Of a DNA stretch of 64,000 bases, positions 58,238 through 64,000 are shown one piece after another (the first letter of the stretch is position 1; each line of letters begins with the position of its first letter). The notes beneath the pieces are model-generated. The model was not told the origin of the DNA. It did not search any database and saw only the letters and a list, made by a program, of their open reading frames with translations. Made by a program: the position numbers and the translations under genes. Source of the stretch: a virus; IMG/VR virus record IMGVR_UViG_3300022891_000002, positions 32,001-96,000 of that record; one strand, written 5' to 3'.

Positions 58238-59917
58238 ATGTACTACTCAGACAAATACTCGGAAATTCCAAACGGAATAGTTAATAAAGCAGCTACAGGT
58301 ATAGGTTTAACCAGTTTTGCCTTAGAAAATGAAGTTCCGACCGTAGTTGTTACTCCCACAGTAGCAATGATTAAAAATAAGGTTTCCCAGTATCCAAACA
58401 ATAGAAGATTAGATTCAGTAATAGGACTTTACCAAGGAGTTTCTTTAAATAGCATTAAAGACTATATAGGAAAAACTACTGTCCCAAAGATAATGGTTAC
58501 TTATGACAGTTTTTATAAAGTAGCTCCTTTAATAGATAGTAGTTACCAAATAATTGTGGATGAGTTTTCTGAACTGCTAGACGCATATAACTACAGAAAT
58601 AAAGCAATATCCAAGCTATTAATTGAAATTCAGAAATTTAATAGAGTCTCTTATGTATCAGCTACTCCAACTAAAACAGAATATTTACCTCCTCAGTTAA
58701 AAGAACTACCTTATACTACTTTAATCTGGGATGATTTAACCAAAATCAATATTGACTTATTACATAAGAAGCGTCCTATTCAAACTGTTAGAGCTTTAAT
58801 TAATAAATATAAAAGTGGTTTAGTAGAGATTAATGGAATAAAGAGTGAAGCAGGCTATTTCTTTGTTAACAGCGTTCGGATGATTAAAGAAATATGTGAG
58901 AAAGCCGAACTACTAAACTCGGAAGTAAGAATTATTTGTGCGGATACAGATAAGAATAAACGGACATTAGGAGACTATGATATCTCTACTTCTCTTGACC
59001 CAGAGACTATGTTCACGTTTATTACTTCCTGTAGTTTTAAAGGATTAGATTTCTACAGTGAACGAGGAGTAGTCTTTGTAGTATCTAATAATACTAATAC
59101 TCATACATTAGTAACTATAGACACTGACATTATCCAAATAGCAGGTAGAATAAGAAATCCAACAAATCCCTTTAGAAACTATCTATGTCATATCTTCAAT
59201 ATCAATCCTTTAAGTCTAACAAGAGAAGAGTTCGTAAGAGTAACTGAAGAAAAGATAAAGCAAAGTAATACTCTACTACAAGGATATAGTAAGCTTACTG
59301 ATGAAGAAAGAGCCTTATTTCTATCTACTCAAAACTTAGAAAACTTCTATATTTCTGTTACAGAAGACGGAGTTCCTTACTATGATGAGATGTTGTACTT
59401 ATTAGATAAACGCAGATACGAAGATATAGCCCAAGTCTATAAAGATGGTTTATCTGTCAATAGTTATTACTCCTCTCTAGATAAAGTTGATATCTTACCT
59501 TCTACTAAACTAGACATTGATTACCTAGTTAATAACTCTTTTTATTCTCTTTGCAAAACTGCTGTTGAAGGGAAAGGTGATTTAGAAGTTATCTACGAAC
59601 AATTTCCTTTAATTAAAGAGGCTATAGAAAAGCTAGGAGTAGAAAGAGTTAAATGTTTAGGATTTAATAATACTAAAATACAACATGAAATCGACGACTA
59701 CAATAAGAAAGACTCTGTTAGAACAGTTGTACTAAAAGAAATAGAAAGAGATAGGTTCTATAGTTGTAAAGATATAAAGATAGCTCTTGGATATATTTAT
59801 ACTCGCTTAGGGGTACGTGCAACTGCTAAAGCTACGGACATCTTAGAATACTGTAACGCTAAACTTTGTTGTAAAAAAATAAATGATAAATCTGTGAAAG
59901 GTTATCTTGTAGAGTAA
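58238..59917 (+). CDS. Superfamily-2 helicase-like protein
   Basis: Degenerate Walker A (ATGIGLT), IVDEF, SATP, FFVNS, FKGLDF and QIAGRIR. Confidence 0.7.
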   Translation: MYYSDKYSEIPNGIVNKAATGIGLTSFALENEVPTVVVTPTVAMIKNKVSQYPNNRRLDSVIGLYQGVSLNSIKDYIGKTTVPKIMVTYDSFYKVAPLIDSSYQIIVDEFSELLDAYNYRNKAISKLLIEIQKFNRVSYVSATPTKTEYLPPQLKELPYTTLIWDDLTKINIDLLHKKRPIQTVRALINKYKSGLVEINGIKSEAGYFFVNSVRMIKEICEKAELLNSEVRIICADTDKNKRTLGDYDISTSLDPETMFTFITSCSFKGLDFYSERGVVFVVSNNTNTHTLVTIDTDIIQIAGRIRNPTNPFRNYLCHIFNINPLSLTREEFVRVTEEKIKQSNTLLQGYSKLTDEERALFLSTQNLENFYISVTEDGVPYYDEMLYLLDKRRYEDIAQVYKDGLSVNSYYSSLDKVDILPSTKLDIDYLVNNSFYSLCKTAVEGKGDLEVIYEQFPLIKEAIEKLGVERVKCLGFNNTKIQHEIDDYNKKDSVRTVVLKEIERDRFYSCKDIKIALGYIYTRLGVRATAKATDILEYCNAKLCCKKINDKSVKGYLVE

Positions 59918-59924
59918 GGTTACT

Positions 59925-59950
59925 GGGAGTTTTAGGACTCCCTTTCTTAT
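59925..59950 (+). terminator. Rho-independent terminator
   Basis: GGGAGT...ACTCCC hairpin followed by TTTCTTAT. Confidence 0.6.
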
Positions 59951-60004
59951 CTACTTCTTTGGTATGTTAAAGTTTACAAAGGAGAAATAAACTATCAACT
60001 AATA

Positions 60005-61309
60005 ATGAAAACAAAACTACAACCTACCAGACAATTTGAAGAACAGTTATACACAACTAATCATTCCTCTAAGATATCTAAGTTATCTGACTCTACTATT
60101 CAAGAAATTAGTTGGGAAGGTAAGTATACTGTAGATGACTTAATCCACTTCATTCACAAAGACCCAATAGCAAAAGCTTGCGTAGATGTAAAATGTTTGA
60201 GAGCTGCTAATACATTCGGTACTTATCAACATAGTAAACCAGATATTACGGACTTCATGCAAGATATGTTCGGTAATATGAGAGATACATTAAAGAAAAG
60301 TGTAGCTGAATTATCTATTGCTCCTGCTCTTGGTTTTTCTGTAGCTGAAATCAATTTCAAGATGGATAAAGAAGGATATTTAAAACTAGAAAGTATCTAT
60401 CCATTAAGTTTAGAGAGAGTCAAATTTAAGGGTTCAAAAGGATATATTGAGTGGGTTCTTTATAATGACAGACATAAATCTAACATTCATATCCCATACA
60501 AGAAAGTCATTCATGTAACCAACTCTGCTGCTACTACATTCAACGACCCATTTGGAAATGCTGAGGCTGGACTGGCTTATCCATTTTGGAAGGCTAAAGT
60601 AGCTATTTTTGGAGACATGATTATTTCTACTAGAAACTTAGCTACTGGTATTTTAGTGGGAAGAGTTGATAGTGCTGCTACTATTAATGCTACAGTGACA
60701 GATGCTTATGGTAACACTCTAATGGGAAGAGACGGTCAACCTCTTCGGAAAAATGCAGCTCAAGTAATGTATGACAAGTTAAGTAATGTAGAAAACAACA
60801 CAATTATTGTTACCGATAAAGCTAATGAGATTACCGCTCTTAATGTTCCTGATGGTAGTCAGTCATGGGATATCTCTCTTAATAGATTTGATAAACTAAT
60901 TCATAGAGCATTTGGAGTTCCTCAATTAATCTTTGAAGAAGGTAGCGGTTCAATTGGAGTAGCAACACTATCAGTAAAACAATCTACTTTACTTGATGCG
61001 AATATAGAAGTTGTAGTAAATCAAATTCAAGACCAAATCATTGAGAAAATCTGTAAACCAATAATTATTAACAACTTTGGTAAACAGAAAGATTACGGTA
61101 AATTTACTATTGATTCTTCTTCCGACCCAGGAGTAGAAATGCAGCAATTGCAAAACATATTTACTGCGGTATCAATGGGAATTCTATCAGCAGATGACCC
61201 TGTAATAAATAATAGAATTAGAGGAATACTAGGACTTCCATTACAAACTGAACAAGAGATAGAAGAAGCAAAAGCTCTGAAGCAAATAGAACAACAAAGC
61301 CAAATTTAA
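60005..61309 (+). CDS. Portal protein (Mu gp29 / DUF935-like)
   Basis: DPIAKAC, LGFSVAEI, DPFG...AYPFWKAK, DKLIHRA.GVP and IIEKICKPIIINNFG. 434 aa. Confidence 0.75.
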   Translation: MKTKLQPTRQFEEQLYTTNHSSKISKLSDSTIQEISWEGKYTVDDLIHFIHKDPIAKACVDVKCLRAANTFGTYQHSKPDITDFMQDMFGNMRDTLKKSVAELSIAPALGFSVAEINFKMDKEGYLKLESIYPLSLERVKFKGSKGYIEWVLYNDRHKSNIHIPYKKVIHVTNSAATTFNDPFGNAEAGLAYPFWKAKVAIFGDMIISTRNLATGILVGRVDSAATINATVTDAYGNTLMGRDGQPLRKNAAQVMYDKLSNVENNTIIVTDKANEITALNVPDGSQSWDISLNRFDKLIHRAFGVPQLIFEEGSGSIGVATLSVKQSTLLDANIEVVVNQIQDQIIEKICKPIIINNFGKQKDYGKFTIDSSSDPGVEMQQLQNIFTAVSMGILSADDPVINNRIRGILGLPLQTEQEIEEAKALKQIEQQSQI

Positions 61310-61349
61310 ACGACTAACAGGAGTTAATGCCACCAGCTATGTAGTTTTA

Positions 61350-61583
61350 TTAGTAAGGTTCACCCGGATATTTATATTCTCTTACTTGAAGAAATAAATT
61401 TTTAGCATCTTCCAAAGGTTTCTCTAATTCTTTTAACTGCTTTTCAAATTCATCTGTCTTGTCACAAAATGTTACACAATCATCGAGAGCATCTTCTAAC
61501 TTATCTAGTTCATCATATTTAGAAAATACTAAATCTAATAATAATTCAAATTGTTCCTTGGTTAAATCTAGTTCTACTTTCAT
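61350..61583 (-). CDS. Hypothetical protein
   Basis: 77-aa acidic coiled coil. Confidence 0.55.
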   Translation of the reverse strand: MKVELDLTKEQFELLLDLVFSKYDELDKLEDALDDCVTFCDKTDEFEKQLKELEKPLEDAKNLFLQVREYKYPGEPY

Positions 61584-61771
61584 TCTTCCTTTTCTTCTGG
61601 AGATTTTTCAGTATCTTTATCTTTAGGAGATAGCCGTTCCATCTCATCTAAATATCCTCTAAGTACGTGAGGGGGAAATTTGTAAGCATTAGCTATTATA
61701 TCCTCATCAGAAATATAGACGATATTCTCTGAACTATCTGAATTATTTTCTTTATTTTTATCATTTGTCAT
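61580..61771 (-). CDS. Hypothetical protein
   Basis: 63-aa ORF. Confidence 0.5.
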   Translation of the reverse strand: MTNDKNKENNSDSSENIVYISDEDIIANAYKFPPHVLRGYLDEMERLSPKDKDTEKSPEEKEE

Positions 61772-61776
61772 ATTAA

Positions 61777-62181
61777 TTACTCTTCTTCTACTAAAGTATA
61801 TGACTCACAACCACATTCAGGACACTCAATAGTATCTGCATCAAACATCCAATCATCATAATAATCTCCCTCCTTATCGCAGATATTACATTTAACTTGT
61901 TGACTAATATATTGAAAAGGATAAAGACCACTAATACATCTTTTATCTAACGCGTTTAACAATTCTGAAACAGTAGAAGTAGAAACATTTAGAGAATAGA
62001 GATTCTTACCTTTCTCAAAATATATGTCTACTTCAGAATGTTTACCTAATACTTCACCAAAGAAAACTGTTCTTTTATCTAGGAACTTATCTATTTCTTC
62101 CTCAGTAGCAATAAATAACCCTTCAACATCTCCCATTCTTCCGTAATCTTCTGAGAATTTCCACAATTCTAGTTGAGTCAT
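61777..62181 (-). CDS. Hypothetical protein with C-terminal Zn ribbon
   Basis: GRMGDVEGLF, FGEVLGKHSEV, CNIC and CPECG. Confidence 0.6.
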   Translation of the reverse strand: MTQLELWKFSEDYGRMGDVEGLFIATEEEIDKFLDKRTVFFGEVLGKHSEVDIYFEKGKNLYSLNVSTSTVSELLNALDKRCISGLYPFQYISQQVKCNICDKEGDYYDDWMFDADTIECPECGCESYTLVEEE

Positions 62182-62193
62182 ATTAGTTCCTTC

Positions 62194-62445
62194 CTAATTT
62201 GCTAATGATTCTAACCAAGCTTGAACTTCATCTCTACTTATTTTTCTTAAGACTCTTTCTTTAGATTCAGGTACGTATTTTATGTACGAGACTGCATCTT
62301 TTATTGCTGCTTGTAGTTCTATTTGAAATTCTGGATTACCTCTTTCTACTTCTTCTAGTTTTCTATTAATCTCAACCTCATCATTTAGGTTAGTTACACC
62401 GATACTTAGTAAATAGTCTTCCCACTCTTTATCTTTGTTATTCAT
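62194..62445 (-). CDS. Hypothetical protein with an antitoxin-like C-terminus
   Basis: KISRDEVQAWLESL resembles ParD/RelB-type C-terminal tails. Confidence 0.4.
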   Translation of the reverse strand: MNNKDKEWEDYLLSIGVTNLNDEVEINRKLEEVERGNPEFQIELQAAIKDAVSYIKYVPESKERVLRKISRDEVQAWLESLAN

Positions 62446-63245
62446 GGTTTTAGCTTCTTGTAATTGTTGTTCTTAACTAACTCATAAACTCCAAATTTCT
62501 CAAGAACTAATCTATCTAGTAGATGTATATCATAAGCATCTTCAAAGTTAAACAGACACTTAGATATAATTGGACACTCCATCATGAAACAATCCCTAAT
62601 AGCTTCACATACTAATCTAGTTTCTTTTTGAGCGGTTTCATGCAGTCTTTGATTGAGAGTAGTAATCCATTCTCTTAAAGTCCCATTGAAAATAATTTTA
62701 GTAGTTGCACATTCCGGAAGTAACATTCTAGAAGTTTCGCGACTTACTCCACTAGCTAAGCACTTTTCATAAGTAGATTTAATTTGACTAAGTATACTTC
62801 TACTTTCTTCTGTAGCCTCAGCTAAAATACGATTTTTTTCTTCATCAAACCAATTATCGTCTGATTGATAGGTAATAGTAGCTAACACTTCTTCACTACT
62901 TTGTCTATTATTTTTACATTGTTTTCTAAATTCTACCTCTTCAAAACTGGCTATCTCTGCATATCTTTGACTTAATTCCTGTGGACGTAGTGACCAATGC
63001 CGTAACAACTGTCTACCTACAGCTCTACTTGTAACAATCTCAATCCCTAAGTTAGTAGTTGTAAATACACTCCAATGTCCTTCTGAAATACAATGTCTTA
63101 ATAACTTATGTGGCTCATTAAATAACTCATTAATTTCTCTACTAGAGCTGAGTCTTGCTATTCCTACAGTTATCTCATCTAAAGATTTACCTTCGTACTC
63201 TGTCCCTTTATAACCTTCTGTCTTAGTTATTAATCTTACTTGCAT
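62442..63245 (-). CDS. thyX: FAD-dependent thymidylate synthase
   Basis: GHWSVF, SRAVGRQLLRHWSLRPQELSQRY (RHxx7S motif), RETSRMLLP, GTLREW and AQKETR. Confidence 0.9.
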   Translation of the reverse strand: MQVRLITKTEGYKGTEYEGKSLDEITVGIARLSSSREINELFNEPHKLLRHCISEGHWSVFTTTNLGIEIVTSRAVGRQLLRHWSLRPQELSQRYAEIASFEEVEFRKQCKNNRQSSEEVLATITYQSDDNWFDEEKNRILAEATEESRSILSQIKSTYEKCLASGVSRETSRMLLPECATTKIIFNGTLREWITTLNQRLHETAQKETRLVCEAIRDCFMMECPIISKCLFNFEDAYDIHLLDRLVLEKFGVYELVKNNNYKKLKP

Positions 63246-63257
63246 TAGTTTAGCTCC

Positions 63258-64000
63258 TTATAGGTCATACATTCTTTCCTCTACTATTTGGTAACAATCA
63301 TCGTAATATCTAGCTTCTCTTTCATCTAGCATCGGATTATATTGATTCCAACATTCATCTTCTTTTCTTTCTCTTTCTACTTCACGTAACTCTTCTCGAT
63401 ACTCAGCTAGTTGTATTGCCCACTCTTCTAATAGCTCTCTTTTTCTTAAAGAACTGTGTCTAGGTAATTCATCATTTTCAAGGTTAACTTCATCACCGTA
63501 AAGATTTTCAAGATATTCCCATAGCAGAGGAATGAAGTATTTAGTAGAAGTCTTACTATATAACAGCTCCTTAAATCGAGGAAACTCTTTCTCATACATC
63601 TTATAGAGCTTGTCATTATTATCAATGCTAAACTCTGTATTTACTATTCTGTCAGCTAATTTAATAACTAAAGCTGCTTCATTATCTTTTATCTTAGGAG
63701 CAGTCTTTTCTAATATTTCTTTACGATTAGTTCCTTTCTCATTTGTAACTGCTAAAACTAAATCTGCTACTTTTTTACCAAATTGAATTAATAGAGTCTC
63801 ATAAGTAGTCTCTGTATCTTCAATGGAGTCATGCAGCCAACTAGCAGCTAAAATAGTTTCATCAGCAATTCCAAAATCTAGTAGAGTTAGGTATACTTCT
63901 TTTAGATGAACATAGTAGTCGAGTCTTTGAGGAGACCCGTCTTCGGAAGGTAGCTCCCCGTAGAACTGATTTCTATGAACTAATTTTGCGAATTCTTCAG
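63258..64000 (-). CDS. RelA/SpoT-type HD hydrolase (small alarmone hydrolase / Mesh1-like); 5' end lies outside the window
   Basis: The frame of 63258..63599 is open to the window edge: FAKLVHRNQ...VHLKEV...AASWLHDSIEDT...FGKKVADLVLAVT...IKLADRIVN. Confidence 0.85.
   Translation of the reverse strand, partial: EEFAKLVHRNQFYGELPSEDGSPQRLDYYVHLKEVYLTLLDFGIADETILAASWLHDSIEDTETTYETLLIQFGKKVADLVLAVTNEKGTNRKEILEKTAPKIKDNEAALVIKLADRIVNTEFSIDNNDKLYKMYEKEFPRFKELLYSKTSTKYFIPLLWEYLENLYGDEVNLENDELPRHSSLRKRELLEEWAIQLAEYREELREVERERKEDECWNQYNPMLDEREARYYDDCYQIVEERMYDL

Noticed and set aside
1-64000. CRISPR array, diversity-generating retroelement, intron/intein, integrase or transposase
   Set aside because: I saw no regularly spaced nucleotide repeats and no RT, Cas, recombinase or intein motifs. 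The repeats found are at protein level.
1-64000. Stop-codon reassignment, suggested by abundant TAG/CTA triplets
   Set aside because: Genes are full length and densely packed in the standard code, and TAG serves as a normal stop (e.g. 4516, 15050, 25128).

Overview
A 64-kb segment of a large, AT-rich (roughly one-third GC by eye), long-tailed siphovirus-type phage. The host is most likely a (filamentous) cyanobacterium, inferred from the C39-type endolysin, cyanobacterial-style PAS/HigA/ImmA-like pieces and apparent avoidance of GGWCC and GATC. The + strand carries the virion module: MuF-like head morphogenesis protein, prohead protease, scaffold, decoration protein, major capsid protein, a lysis cassette, connector and tail-completion genes, tail tube, a G/GT-like chaperone pair, a 3228-aa tape measure, and tail-tip and fibre genes. 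The portal gene lies far away at 60 kb. Islands of small minus-strand genes are interleaved and include HigA-like antitoxins without toxins, an SNase, an ATP-grasp protein, a ferritin-like protein, a sulfotransferase-GT2 fusion, ThyX, a RelA/SpoT-type HD hydrolase and two tRNA(-like) genes. The best candidate for an undescribed system is a family of about 12 paralogous Gly/Lys-rich proteins spread through the head module. Six share an N-terminal leader (M-x-x-I-[IT]-F-x-[GN]...[FY]), and a similar short aromatic motif recurs in the protease, scaffold, capsid and MuF proteins. Some members are polyproteins, and two carry putative enzyme cargo (ADP-ribosyltransferase-like and alpha/beta-hydrolase-like). 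This suggests a capsid-packaged, protease-matured injected-protein arsenal. A second candidate is a kinase-less dual-PAS membrane protein inside the lysis cassette. All family calls are by motif recognition only; no searches were run.
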